64,000 nt of DNA from an uncultured Chloroflexia bacterium (GTDB lineage Bacteria > Chloroflexota > Limnocylindria > Limnocylindrales > CSP1-4), in NCBI GenBank assembly GCA_963833225.1, contig CAWHXD010000017.1, positions 128,001 through 192,000 of the forward strand. The letters run 5' to 3'. The notes beneath the pieces were generated by a model. It searched no databases, was not told where the DNA came from, and saw only the letters and a program-made list of their open reading frames with translations. This document shows positions 39,977 to 49,463 of this stretch, piece after piece. The position numbers were made by a program, and so were the translations under genes. Within the stretch, counting starts at the first letter, position 1. Each line of letters begins with the position of its first letter.

Positions 39977-41275
39977 CTACTTTGGCCAGCTGGCGGCGAT
40001 GTTGCTGAGGGCCGTGTCGAGGTCCTCGGTTCCGGTCAACACCTTGATGGGCTCGGTCCAGAACGTGCCCGACCCGACGGCCTTCGGCATGGCGTCACCA
40101 CCATCGAAGCGAACGAACGCCGCGTCGACGATCGATTGCGCGAACGCCTTGTCGAGCGCCGAGGAGTAGAGCGAGACATCCTGGGTCTTGTACGGGAACA
40201 GGGCGCCACCGGCCTTCTGCCAGGCGATGCCGGCTTCGGGCGTGGTGAGGAACTTGAGGAACGCCCAGACCTCAGGGCGATCCGCGAATGCCACGGCCTG
40301 GTCGCCGCCGACCTCGGCGGGCGTGCCGATCGCGGGGTCGATGGCCGGCAGCGTGAACACGCCGACCTGGTTGTCCAGGTCCGCCTGGATGGCGTCCGGG
40401 AAGAAGGTGGTGATGAAGTTGCCCTGGTTGGTCAGCAGGCACTTGGGCGGATTGTCGAACGCCGCCTTGGGCGCCTCGCCGAACGCGGTCTGCACGATGT
40501 ATTCCGGACCACCGTAGACGTACTTGGGGTTGGTCCAGATGTCCAGCACGCGCTGGAACGCGGCCTTGACGGTGGGATCCGTGAACTTCGTGGTGCCGGC
40601 AACCCACTTGTCGTAGCCGTCGGCACCGACGGACCGGAGCATGACCTCCTCGACCCAGTCGGTGAACGGCCAGCCGGTGCCCGCGCCACTCTCGATGCCG
40701 ATGCACCACGGCGGGGTTCCGTCCGCGGCGATCTTGTCCATCAGGGTGATCATCTCGTCCCACGTCGTGGGCGCGGTGTAGCCGGCGGCGTCCCAGACGG
40801 GCTTGGGATAGAACACGAGGCCCTTGAGGTTGACGCGATGGAACACGCCATAGACCTGGCCGTCGTCTGCCGTCCCCACTTCCTTCCAGCCGGGACCGTA
40901 GTTGGCGTCGATGGATGAGATGACGTCAGCCGGCAGCGGGAACAGCTTCCCGTCGGCCGCGAAGGTCTTCATCAGGCCGGGCTGCGGCAGGAGCCCAACA
41001 TCGGGCGTGTTGCCGGCAGCCGCCTGCACGACGATCGACTGCTCGAAGGTCTTGTCGCCGTTGTAGGTGACCGTGGCGCCAGTGGCGTCCTCGAAGGGCT
41101 TCACCGCGTCGGCGAAGCGCTGCGCCTCGACGTCGACGAAGGCACCGCTGACGGTGATCGTCTTGCCGGCCAGGTCCCCGCCGCCGGCGGACGGAGCCGC
41201 CGAGCTGGTCGAGCTGCCGCACGCGGCAGCCACGAGCACCGCCGACCACAAGCCGACCATCAACCGCTTGTTCAT
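39977..41275 (-). CDS. Sugar ABC solute-binding lipoprotein (AglE-like)
   Basis: Lipobox VAAAC; WCIGIESGAGTGWPFTDWVEE motif; AGGAGGAG RBS. Confidence 0.9.
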   Translation of the reverse strand: MNKRLMVGLWSAVLVAAACGSSTSSAAPSAGGGDLAGKTITVSGAFVDVEAQRFADAVKPFEDATGATVTYNGDKTFEQSIVVQAAAGNTPDVGLLPQPGLMKTFAADGKLFPLPADVISSIDANYGPGWKEVGTADDGQVYGVFHRVNLKGLVFYPKPVWDAAGYTAPTTWDEMITLMDKIAADGTPPWCIGIESGAGTGWPFTDWVEEVMLRSVGADGYDKWVAGTTKFTDPTVKAAFQRVLDIWTNPKYVYGGPEYIVQTAFGEAPKAAFDNPPKCLLTNQGNFITTFFPDAIQADLDNQVGVFTLPAIDPAIGTPAEVGGDQAVAFADRPEVWAFLKFLTTPEAGIAWQKAGGALFPYKTQDVSLYSSALDKAFAQSIVDAAFVRFDGGDAMPKAVGSGTFWTEPIKVLTGTEDLDTALSNIAASWPK

Positions 41276-41327
41276 GTACTCCTCCTGCGGATCAACCGCG
41301 CGAGCGGGCCCGATTCCGAGTGACGAA

Positions 41328-41341
41328 TGGAACCGGTTCCA
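41328..41341. promoter_or_regulatory. LacI-type operator upstream of the solute-binding protein gene
   Basis: Perfect palindrome TGGAACCGGTTCCA. Confidence 0.8.
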
Positions 41342-41372
41342 CGATACCTCTCCGGCTAGCGTACCAAGGGCG

Positions 41373-42410
41373 TCAAGAGGCAACCGAACCGCTTTCGACC
41401 TCCCTTGCGCCCGGCGGCGCGGTCGTCCGTCGCAGGACCAGGCTGATGTCCAGGACCTCCCGCAGGGGTTCCGCGGGTGCCCCGTCGAGCAGCCGCAGCA
41501 GGCGAGCGACGGCCCGGACACCGGAGTCGAACAGCGGCTGACGGATGGTCGTCAGGCCGAGGTGATCGGCGAGATCCAGGTCGTCGTATCCGGTGACGGA
41601 CAGGTCCCCTGGCACCCGCAGCCCGAGCGCGATGGCGGCCTCGAGCACGCCGGCCGCCTGGGTATCGCTCGCGCAGACGATCGCGGTGGGCGGGTTAGGC
41701 GACGTCAGCATGCGGGTGGCGATCTCGGAGGCCCGGCGCCGGGAGTGCTCGCCGGTGCCCACGAGCCCCTGGGGCAGCTTGATCCCCGCCGCCTTGAGGG
41801 CACTCCGAACGCCGGTCAGGCGGAGCCGGCTCGACGTGAACGCCAGCGCCGTCCTGGAGAAATCGCCCACAAACGCGATCCGCCGATGGCCGAGGCCGAT
41901 CACGTGCTGGGCCGCAAGACGCCCGCCGAGGACATCGTTGCCAACCACTCGCGGCAGGGATCGATGGTGCGCATCCACCAGGACCGTCGGCAGGCCGGAC
42001 CGCTCGATCCGCGCCAGCTCCGACTCATGCGGCGACAGGGACACGATGATCAGGCCATCCACCCGCTCGGGCCTTGGCAGGTCCCGGAACACGGCCGCTC
42101 GCCGCTCCGCCGTCTCGATGTTGAACACGATCGGGTCGTAGTTGGCCGCCGCGAGCGCCTCCTCGATCCCCCGGAACCGCTCGACCGCAGACGGTCGTGC
42201 CAGGTACGGGATGATCACCGCCACGGTCTGGGTCCGCCGCAGGCTCAACCGCCGCGCGGTCCGGCTGGGGACGAAGTCCAGCTCCCGGATCGCCGCCAGC
42301 ACCCGTTCACGCGTCGCGGGGTCGACGTTGGCGCGGTCATTGAGCACCCGACTCACGGTGCCAACGCCGACACCGGCGAGTCGCGCAACATCTCCGATGG
42401 TTACACCCAC
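41373..42410 (-). CDS. LacI family transcriptional regulator
   Basis: VTIGDVARLAGVGVGTVSRVLN HTH and VPGDLSVTGYDD. Confidence 0.93.
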   Translation of the reverse strand: MGVTIGDVARLAGVGVGTVSRVLNDRANVDPATRERVLAAIRELDFVPSRTARRLSLRRTQTVAVIIPYLARPSAVERFRGIEEALAAANYDPIVFNIETAERRAAVFRDLPRPERVDGLIIVSLSPHESELARIERSGLPTVLVDAHHRSLPRVVGNDVLGGRLAAQHVIGLGHRRIAFVGDFSRTALAFTSSRLRLTGVRSALKAAGIKLPQGLVGTGEHSRRRASEIATRMLTSPNPPTAIVCASDTQAAGVLEAAIALGLRVPGDLSVTGYDDLDLADHLGLTTIRQPLFDSGVRAVARLLRLLDGAPAEPLREVLDISLVLRRTTAPPGAREVESGSVAS

Positions 42411-42428
42411 GCCAAGGGAACCCTCCGT

Positions 42429-42448
42429 ATGGAACCGATTCCATTGTA
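42429..42448 (-). promoter_or_regulatory. Second operator copy overlapping the lacI -10 box
   Basis: ATGGAACCGATTCCAT at 42429-42444; TACAAT on the minus strand at 42443-42448. Confidence 0.75.
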
Positions 42449-42498
42449 TGGGGCCTGGAAAGCCCGGCCGGCGGCTGGCCGATCAGCGCTCCAGCCGG

Positions 42499-45237
42499 TC
42501 AGCGCTCCAGCCGGCCACGCAGACGGTCCACCTGGTCGGCCAGCTCGGCCTCGCGGGCAACGGCCCCGTCGACGATCGCCGGTGGCGCCTTGGCCATGAA
42601 CGACTCGTTGGCGAGCCGCGCCCGGGCGGCGTCGAGCAGCCGCTCGGCATCCGCGAGCTCCCTCTCGAGCCGGACGCGGTCGGCCTCGGCGGCCGCGGGA
42701 TCCGCCGCCGCTCCGATCCCGACGATGGCCTCCGCCGGACCCGCGATCACCGCGAGGCCCGCCGTCGCGCCCTCGGTGGCGTGAAGGGACTCACGGGTCA
42801 GCCGGCGACGGATCGGCCTCGTGCGAGCCAGCCGCTCGATCGCCGGTCGAAGGGCCTCGAGCGCCGACCCCAGCTCCGGCTCCACGTAGACATCCAGCGG
42901 CAGCCAGGCGGCCGGCTCCAGCCTCGCATCGGCGCGGGCGTTGCGGATGGCGCGGACCAGGTCCACGAGGGCCCCGACCTCTGCCTCCACCGTGGCATCG
43001 CGCTCCCCCACCCCCGGCCACCGGGCAACGATCAGCAGGTCCGGATCCGTCGCCCGGTGCGGGAGCGCCTCCCACAGCGCCTCCGTGATGAACGGCATGA
43101 CCGGGTGCAGCAGACGCAGGTAGGTGTCGAGGGCGTCCACGAGCGCCCACCATGTCGCCTCCCGCTCCCCATCCGTGCTGGACGGGTCGTTGAGCCGGAC
43201 CTTGGCCAGCTCGATCCCCCAGTCGCAGAACTCGTTCCAGATCGCGTCGTACAGGAGCCTGGTCACCTCGCCGAAGGCGTACTCGGCCATGGCCCGATCC
43301 ACGGCCACGGTGGTCGCCGCCGACCGGGAGAGGACCCACCGGTCGCCGGGCCCGAGCTGGGCGGCGTCCGGGAGCCGGCGTTCCGCGCCGGCCGGGATCG
43401 AGGACGGCCGGGCGCCCAGGACGAACCGGGTCGCGTTCCAGAGCTTGTTGGCGAAGTTCCGGGCGTTCTCCACCTTGGCGAGGCCGAAGCGCTGATCGTT
43501 GCCCGGCGTGGCCCCATGGACGAGGGCGAAGCGCATCGCGTCCGCGCCCAGCTCGTCGATCATGCCCAGCGGGTCCACGACGTTGCCCTTCGTCTTCGAC
43601 ATCTTCTGGCCGTTCGGGTCACGGATCAGGCCCGACAGGTAGACGGTATGGAATGGTGCGTCGCCGGTGAGCTCGATGCCCAGCATCATCATCCGGGCCA
43701 CCCAGAAGAAGATGATGTCGTAGCCGGTCTCCATCACCGCGCCCGGATAGAAGCGGCGCATGTCCTCGGTGGCATCCGGCCAGCCGAGCGTGGAGAACGG
43801 CCACAGGCCGGAGCTGAACCAGGTATCGAAGATGTCGGGATCCTGGGTGAGCTCCGCGGCGGGGCGCCCGCAGGCCTCGCACGCGTCCGGGCCGGCGATG
43901 ACGGCGCTCACCGTCGCGTGCCCGTCCGGGCAGTACCAGGCCGGGATCCGGTGGCCCCACCACAGCTGCCGGGACACGTTCCAGTCCCGGATGCCGGTCA
44001 TCCAGTGCTCCCAGGTCTTCTCGAAGCGCTCGGGGAGGATGCGCGTCCTGCCGGAGCGGGTGGCCTCGAGCGCAGCGTCCGCCAGCGGGGCGGTCTTCAC
44101 GAACCACTGGGTCTTGAGGCGTGGCTCCACCACGTCGGTCGAACGCTGGCAGCGGCCGATCACCATCTCGTGCGGCTGCTCCCCCTCGAGATCACCGCGT
44201 TCCGCGAGATCGGCGAGGATCGCGTCGCGCGCCTCGTAGCGATCCATGCCGTCGTAGCGGGTGCCGGTGCCGGCGATCCTGGCCGAATCGTCGAGGATGG
44301 TCGGCATCGCGAGACCGTGGCGAGCACCGGTCTCGTGGTCGTCGTGGTCGTGGGCCGGGGTGATCTTCACGGCACCGGTGCCGAACGCCATCTCGACCAC
44401 CGGATCCGCGATCACGGGCACGTCGCGGTCCACGAACGGGATCCGGACCTTCCGCCCGACAAGCTCCGTGTAGCGCGGGTCGTCCGGGTGCACCGCGACC
44501 GCGGTGTCGCCCAGGATCGTCTCCGGCCGTGTCGTGGCCACCGTCAGGGTGCGCCCGGGATCGGCGAGACCCGTCCCTGGATCGAGCAGGTGGTAGCGCA
44601 CTCGCCACAGCGTGCCGGTCTCGGGGGTCGGGATCACCTCGAGATCGCTCACGCTGGTCCGGCACCCGGGGCACCAGTTGACAAGCGCCTCGGCGCGGTA
44701 GGCGAGGCCCTTGCGATGCAGGCGGAGGAACGCCTCGCGCACGGCCTTGCCCGAGACCTCGTCCATCGTGAACCGGAGACGGCCCCAGTCGCAGGAGCCA
44801 CCGACCCGCCGCTGCTGGGCGAGGATCACCTCCCGGGTGGCCGCGATGAACTCGCGCATCCGCTCCAGGTAGCGATCGCGGCCGAGCGACGCCCGCGACT
44901 CGCCCTCCTTGGCGAGGATCCCATCGAGCACGAACTGGGCAGCGATCGACGCGTGGTCGAGGCCGGGAAGGAACAGCGCGGGACGCCCGAGCATCCGCGC
45001 ATGGCGGATCATCAGGTCCTCAACCGTCGTGCGCTGCGCGTGCCCCAGGTGCAGGCTCCCGGTCACGTTGGGCGGCGGCTGGATGATCACGAAGGGTTCG
45101 AGGGCCCAGTCCGCGGTGGAGCCCGCCCCGTCGGGGGCGAAGACGTCGGCGGCCAGCCAGCGCTCGTAGATGGCGTGCTCGAACTCGGCGGGCACGTAGG
45201 CCCTGGCGAGGCCCTCGGGCGGCTGCGGCTGCGTCAT
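42499..45237 (-). CDS. valS: Valine--tRNA ligase
   Basis: PPPNVTGSLHLGHA, DWNVSRQLWWGHRIPAWY, DTWFSSGLWPF, KMSKTKGN and a C-terminal coiled coil. Start placed at ATG 45237, downstream of the T-box. Confidence 0.96.
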   Translation of the reverse strand: MTQPQPPEGLARAYVPAEFEHAIYERWLAADVFAPDGAGSTADWALEPFVIIQPPPNVTGSLHLGHAQRTTVEDLMIRHARMLGRPALFLPGLDHASIAAQFVLDGILAKEGESRASLGRDRYLERMREFIAATREVILAQQRRVGGSCDWGRLRFTMDEVSGKAVREAFLRLHRKGLAYRAEALVNWCPGCRTSVSDLEVIPTPETGTLWRVRYHLLDPGTGLADPGRTLTVATTRPETILGDTAVAVHPDDPRYTELVGRKVRIPFVDRDVPVIADPVVEMAFGTGAVKITPAHDHDDHETGARHGLAMPTILDDSARIAGTGTRYDGMDRYEARDAILADLAERGDLEGEQPHEMVIGRCQRSTDVVEPRLKTQWFVKTAPLADAALEATRSGRTRILPERFEKTWEHWMTGIRDWNVSRQLWWGHRIPAWYCPDGHATVSAVIAGPDACEACGRPAAELTQDPDIFDTWFSSGLWPFSTLGWPDATEDMRRFYPGAVMETGYDIIFFWVARMMMLGIELTGDAPFHTVYLSGLIRDPNGQKMSKTKGNVVDPLGMIDELGADAMRFALVHGATPGNDQRFGLAKVENARNFANKLWNATRFVLGARPSSIPAGAERRLPDAAQLGPGDRWVLSRSAATTVAVDRAMAEYAFGEVTRLLYDAIWNEFCDWGIELAKVRLNDPSSTDGEREATWWALVDALDTYLRLLHPVMPFITEALWEALPHRATDPDLLIVARWPGVGERDATVEAEVGALVDLVRAIRNARADARLEPAAWLPLDVYVEPELGSALEALRPAIERLARTRPIRRRLTRESLHATEGATAGLAVIAGPAEAIVGIGAAADPAAAEADRVRLERELADAERLLDAARARLANESFMAKAPPAIVDGAVAREAELADQVDRLRGRLER

Positions 45238-45274
45238 GGTGTGCGCTCCCGGTCGGCCCGGGCTCGTGGCCCGG

Positions 45275-45515
45275 AAACAGAACGACCCGCTCGTCCAGCG
45301 GACGAACGGGGTCGTGGTACCACCTGCTGGTTTGGCTCCGGGGCCGGATCCGCTCATCGCGGCCGGTTGGTCCGGGGGCTCTCTCGGCGCTGTATCGGGC
45401 GCCAGGCGCATGGCTCGCGAGCGACCTTCATGTCCGTCGTCCCCGCGCGGCTCGCACCGTCCCGCGCTCGCTTGAGGGTCGTGTCGGACCTACTCCTCTC
45501 GGTCATCGCCGTGAG
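45275..45515 (-). ncRNA. T-box riboswitch leader of valS
   Basis: Minus strand reads GCGATGACCGAGAGGAGTAG at the 5' end, a candidate specifier GAAG-GTC (Val, 45423-45425), the T-box GCAGGTGGTACCACG (about 45313-45327), and a terminator hairpin ending TTCTGTTT. Confidence 0.88.
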
Positions 45516-45521
45516 GCCGGG

Positions 45522-45530
45522 AGTGTAGCA
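45522..45530 (-). promoter_or_regulatory. Extended -10 promoter of the valS leader
   Basis: TGcTACACT directly upstream of the T-box 5' end. Confidence 0.7.
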
Positions 45531-45551
45531 CGCGGGTCCGGGGCGACCCGG

Positions 45552-46091
45552 TCAGGCCAGGTCCGCCGCGGCGGCGTAGATCGCCCCCAGGAACCGGCTC
45601 GGGACGCGCCCGAGCAGCCTCGGCGGGGCGAAGCCGGCCGCCGGCGCGAGGCGCTGCCACGCGGCGAACGAGATCGGGTACGGCACCCAGTGGTTGCCGT
45701 GGTCCGCGTCGTACTCCACGAGCACCAGGTGCCCGCCGGCATCGAGCCGGCCCCGAACCGCCGCCAGGACCGGCTGCGGGTCGCGCACGAAGTGGAGGCT
45801 GTTGGCGGCGAGCACGCCGTCGAACGGGCCATCCGGCAGCACCGCGGTGAAGTCGGCGACGACCGTTTCGAGCGCGACGTGGGCGAACCCGGCCCGGACG
45901 CGACCCTCGAGCTGCCGAAGCGCCCGCTCCTGGCGGTCGAGCGCGACGATCGCCCCACCCGGTCCGAGCAGGTCCGCGAGGGCAAGTGTGAACTCGCCGT
46001 CGCCCGCGCCGAGCTCCAGCCAGCGGCCCGGGCCGTCGACACCGTCTCGGAGCAGGCCCACGTGATCACGGTGATCCATGCGGCCCATCAT
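45552..46091 (-). CDS. Class I SAM-dependent methyltransferase
   Basis: WLELGAGDGEFT, VALDR and FDGVLAANSLHFV motifs. Confidence 0.85.
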   Translation of the reverse strand: MMGRMDHRDHVGLLRDGVDGPGRWLELGAGDGEFTLALADLLGPGGAIVALDRQERALRQLEGRVRAGFAHVALETVVADFTAVLPDGPFDGVLAANSLHFVRDPQPVLAAVRGRLDAGGHLVLVEYDADHGNHWVPYPISFAAWQRLAPAAGFAPPRLLGRVPSRFLGAIYAAAADLA

Positions 46092-46176
46092 CGCCCGCGG
46101 CGGTCGGGCCGGCCAGCGCCGATCCTCGGGCCTGGTGGCCCTGCCACCCGTCGTCGGCCCACCCGACCATCACGCC

Positions 46177-46599
46177 ATGACGACCGCCGCCATCGTGTAC
46201 TGCAGCGCCACCTGGACCACCGCCGGCCTCGCCGACGACATCGGCGACCACCTCCGCGGGCGCGGGATCGAGCCCAGGGTCGCCGCCTTCGGCGAGATCG
46301 AGACGGCAGATCTCGCGGACGTCGACTACCTGTTCCTCGGCTGCTGGACCCATGGGTGGTTCGTCGTGAACCAGCACCCCGAGCAGTCATGGGTTGACTG
46401 GACCCGGGAGTTGCCGCGCCTCGAGCGGCCGCGGGTGGCGCTGTTCACCACGTACAAGCTCCGGACGGGGTCGATGTTTCCCCGGATGCGGCGGGCGCTC
46501 CGTGACAAGGCCCCGAGGATCGAGCTGGAGCTCAAGTCACGGGACAAGCGGCTGACCGATGAGGGGCGGCGCGCGCTCGACGCGTTCCTCGATCGCTGA
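46177..46599 (+). CDS. Flavodoxin-like protein
   Basis: IVYCSATWTTAGLADDI, YLFLGCWT and VALFTTY motifs. Confidence 0.7.
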   Translation: MTTAAIVYCSATWTTAGLADDIGDHLRGRGIEPRVAAFGEIETADLADVDYLFLGCWTHGWFVVNQHPEQSWVDWTRELPRLERPRVALFTTYKLRTGSMFPRMRRALRDKAPRIELELKSRDKRLTDEGRRALDAFLDR

Positions 46600-46606
46600 G
46601 GGTTCG

Positions 46607-47059
46607 TCAGCGGCGCGCGCGAGGGCTTGCCGCTGACCCCCGCGCATCAGCGTCTTCCCGCTGGTGGAGCTCACGATTGGCCGCCCGCAGCCAGTCGACC
46701 GCTCCGATCAGCAGCGGCAGAACCCCGACGATCACGAACCACGGGCCGAAGGCGCCGCCGAGCGCGATCACGGCCACGCCGAACCCCACGGCAAGCGGCG
46801 CCACGCTCCGCCCAGGCACCGGACCGGACTCGTCCCCGAATGGTCCGTCCGGCCGGCCCGGGACATCGTCGCGGGTTGCATTGGGCCCCCGTCCGGCGTG
46901 TTCGCCGCCCCGCAGAACGAGGAAGGCAAGCCCCGTCGAGAACCCGAACCCGAGCAGCAGAACCGTGCCGGCCGTCTCGTAGCTCAGCAGCCAGTAGACG
47001 ACGCCAACGACCAGGGCATACGCCGACAGGCGCCCGAAGAAGCCGACCTCCGCAGACAT
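46607..47059 (-). CDS. ctaF: Cytochrome c oxidase subunit 4 (actinobacterial CtaF-like)
   Basis: Four TM segments with VYWLLSYETAGT; directly follows ctaD. Confidence 0.7.
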   Translation of the reverse strand: MSAEVGFFGRLSAYALVVGVVYWLLSYETAGTVLLLGFGFSTGLAFLVLRGGEHAGRGPNATRDDVPGRPDGPFGDESGPVPGRSVAPLAVGFGVAVIALGGAFGPWFVIVGVLPLLIGAVDWLRAANRELHQREDADARGSAASPRARR

Positions 47060-48726
47060 CAGCCCGTCACCGGCGACGGCCCGGCCTCGGCGGCCGCCTC
47101 GCCAGCGGCGGGCGCCTCAGCGGCCATCCGTTCGTCGAACACGGGCCGGAGCGACCGGATCGGCGGCAGCCGGTCGAAGTTGTGGTGCGGCGGCGGTGAG
47201 CTCGTGGCCCACTCGAGCGAGTTGCCGCCCCACGGATCGGCGGGCATGTCGGCCGGCCGCCGCAGCGCCCGGAGCACGGCCACCAGGAACGGCACCATCC
47301 CCGCAGCGAGCAGCAGGGCACCGATGGTCGAGATCAGGTTCAGCGCGTCCCAGCCAAGACCGGGCCGGTAATCTGCGATCCGCCGCGGCATGCCATCGGC
47401 CCCGAGGATGTATTGCGGGATGAACGTCATCGCGAACCCGATGACCCAGCTCGCGAAATGGATCCGGCCCAGGCGCTCATCCAACTTCCGGCCGGTGAAC
47501 TTCGGGAACCAGAAGTAGATCCCGGCGAAGCCCGCAAACATCGTGCCGCCGATGAGCACGTTGTGGAGGTGCGCAACGACGAAGTAGGTGTCCTGGGTCT
47601 GGAAGTCGATGGGCGGCGATGCGAGCATCACCCCCGTGATGCCGCCAATCGTGAACACGTACAACAGGCCAAGGCACCACAGCATGGGCACCGGGAAGCG
47701 CAGGGAGCCGCGCCACATCGTGGCCGTCCAGTTGAAGATCTTGATGCCGGTGGGCACGGCAATCGCGAACGACATGAACGAGAAGAACGGGAGGTCAACT
47801 CGGCCGGTCGTGTACATGTGGTGCGCCCACACCCCCATCGAGAGGCCGGCGATCGCAACGACCGCCATCACCATCAGCCGGTAGCCGAACAGCGGCTTGC
47901 TGGAGAAGACGGGGACGACCTCGCTCATGATCCCGAAGTACGGGAGGACGAGGATATAGACCTCCGGATGCCCGAAGAACCAGAAAAGGTGCTGCCACAG
48001 CACCGGGTCGCCACCCTGGGTGGGGTCGAAGAACCCACCTCCGAAGTGCCGGTCGATGAACAGCATGGCGAGCGCGGCCGTCACCGAGGGGAACGCGAAC
48101 AGGATGAGGACCGACGTCACCAGGATCGTCCACGTGAACATGGGCATCCGGAACATCCGCATGCCGGGCGCGCGCCGGGTGTAGATGGTGGCCATGAAGT
48201 TGACCGCCCCGAGGATGCCCGACACGCCCACCAGCGCGACGCCCGCGATCCACAGGTCCATGCCCACGTTGGGCGAGAACGCCGCGTCCGACAAGGGTGG
48301 GTACCCTGTCCAGCCGGCGGCCGCCGCGCCGCCGGTCGTCAGGAAGCCCGACATCACGATCACACCGCCGAACAGGAACAGCCAGAACGACAGGGCGTTC
48401 AGGCGCGGGAAGACCATGTCCGCGGCCCCGATCTGGAGCGGCACCAGGTAGTTCGCGAAGCCGATGGCCAGCGGGCCGGCAAAGAACAACAGCATCAGCG
48501 TGCCGTGGACTGTGAACAGCTGGTCGTAGGTTGAGGCGTCGACGAGCTGCTGGCCCGGTGCGGCGAGCTCGAGGCGGATGAGCTCCGCGATGCCGCCGCC
48601 GATGAGCGCGAACCCGAACGCTGCCGTGATGTACAGCAGGCCGATCTGCTTGTGGTCGGTGGTGGTCAGCCAGTCGAGCAGGCCGGCGCGGGGCACGGCA
48701 TGGACCGACTCGGGGGCGGTGGTCAT
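47059..48726 (-). CDS. ctaD: Cytochrome c oxidase subunit I (type A1)
   Basis: [30 protein letters not shown] and FVVAHLH motifs. Confidence 0.95.
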   Translation of the reverse strand: MTTAPESVHAVPRAGLLDWLTTTDHKQIGLLYITAAFGFALIGGGIAELIRLELAAPGQQLVDASTYDQLFTVHGTLMLLFFAGPLAIGFANYLVPLQIGAADMVFPRLNALSFWLFLFGGVIVMSGFLTTGGAAAAGWTGYPPLSDAAFSPNVGMDLWIAGVALVGVSGILGAVNFMATIYTRRAPGMRMFRMPMFTWTILVTSVLILFAFPSVTAALAMLFIDRHFGGGFFDPTQGGDPVLWQHLFWFFGHPEVYILVLPYFGIMSEVVPVFSSKPLFGYRLMVMAVVAIAGLSMGVWAHHMYTTGRVDLPFFSFMSFAIAVPTGIKIFNWTATMWRGSLRFPVPMLWCLGLLYVFTIGGITGVMLASPPIDFQTQDTYFVVAHLHNVLIGGTMFAGFAGIYFWFPKFTGRKLDERLGRIHFASWVIGFAMTFIPQYILGADGMPRRIADYRPGLGWDALNLISTIGALLLAAGMVPFLVAVLRALRRPADMPADPWGGNSLEWATSSPPPHHNFDRLPPIRSLRPVFDERMAAEAPAAGEAAAEAGPSPVTG

Positions 48727-49463
48727 GGGGCGGCGCTCCCGGCAGCGGCCTGTTCGGCAAGCCAGGCCTGGAACGTGGCCATGTCCACGCCCCGGACAGT
48801 GAACAGCATCTGGTCGTGACCGATGCCGCAGAACTCCGCGCAGGCCCCCGGGTAGACGCCTGGCGCCGCAACCTCGAGGTCGAACGTGGTGGGGTGGCCA
48901 GGGATGGCATCACGTTTGAACAGGAATGCCGGCACGTACCAAGAGTGGTTCACATCAAGGGACTCCAGGGTCACATGGATCGGCGTGTTCACCGGAAGCA
49001 CGACCTCCAGCTCGTCGGCGGTGGTGCCCGTGATCGTCACGCCCGCGTCGGGATACGTCGCCTGCCACTGCCACCGGAATGCGGTTACGTGGAGGTTGAT
49101 GCCACCAGGCGCGACCGCCCGCACGTTGCCCAGCGCCTGCACGGTGAGCACGAACAGCACGAGCACGGTCAAGGCCGGGATCACCGTCCAGACCACCTCG
49201 ATGCGTAGGCTGCCGTGCGTCTGCTCAGGGAGCCGGTTGTCCCTGCGCCTGTAGCGAAGGATCGACCATGTGACCAGCCCCCACACGATCGTCGCGACGA
49301 TAACGCCCACGACGACGAATACGGCGTACAGGTCCGAGATGTCCTTGCCCTGCGTCGATGCGGGGGAGGGCATGCAACCCCCGACCGCGAGCCCGAGCAG
49401 CGCGACGATCATGCCGCGGGCGCGCGAGCGATGCGCCTTGCCGGCGAGCCCGAGAGAGCTCAT
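48723..49463 (-). CDS. ctaC: Cytochrome c oxidase subunit II
   Basis: Lipobox-like [14 protein letters not shown], and CuA ligands DVNHSW and [12 protein letters not shown]. Confidence 0.92.
   Translation of the reverse strand: MSSLGLAGKAHRSRARGMIVALLGLAVGGCMPSPASTQGKDISDLYAVFVVVGVIVATIVWGLVTWSILRYRRRDNRLPEQTHGSLRIEVVWTVIPALTVLVLFVLTVQALGNVRAVAPGGINLHVTAFRWQWQATYPDAGVTITGTTADELEVVLPVNTPIHVTLESLDVNHSWYVPAFLFKRDAIPGHPTTFDLEVAAPGVYPGACAEFCGIGHDQMLFTVRGVDMATFQAWLAEQAAAGSAAP

Noticed and set aside
42142-45528. 1128-aa plus-strand ORF and similar long ORFs (54359-56983, 3936-6071, 23040-25028, 13865-15892)
   Set aside because: They are antisense shadows of well-supported genes. High GC codon bias removes stops from the opposite frame, and the translations carry no recognisable motifs.
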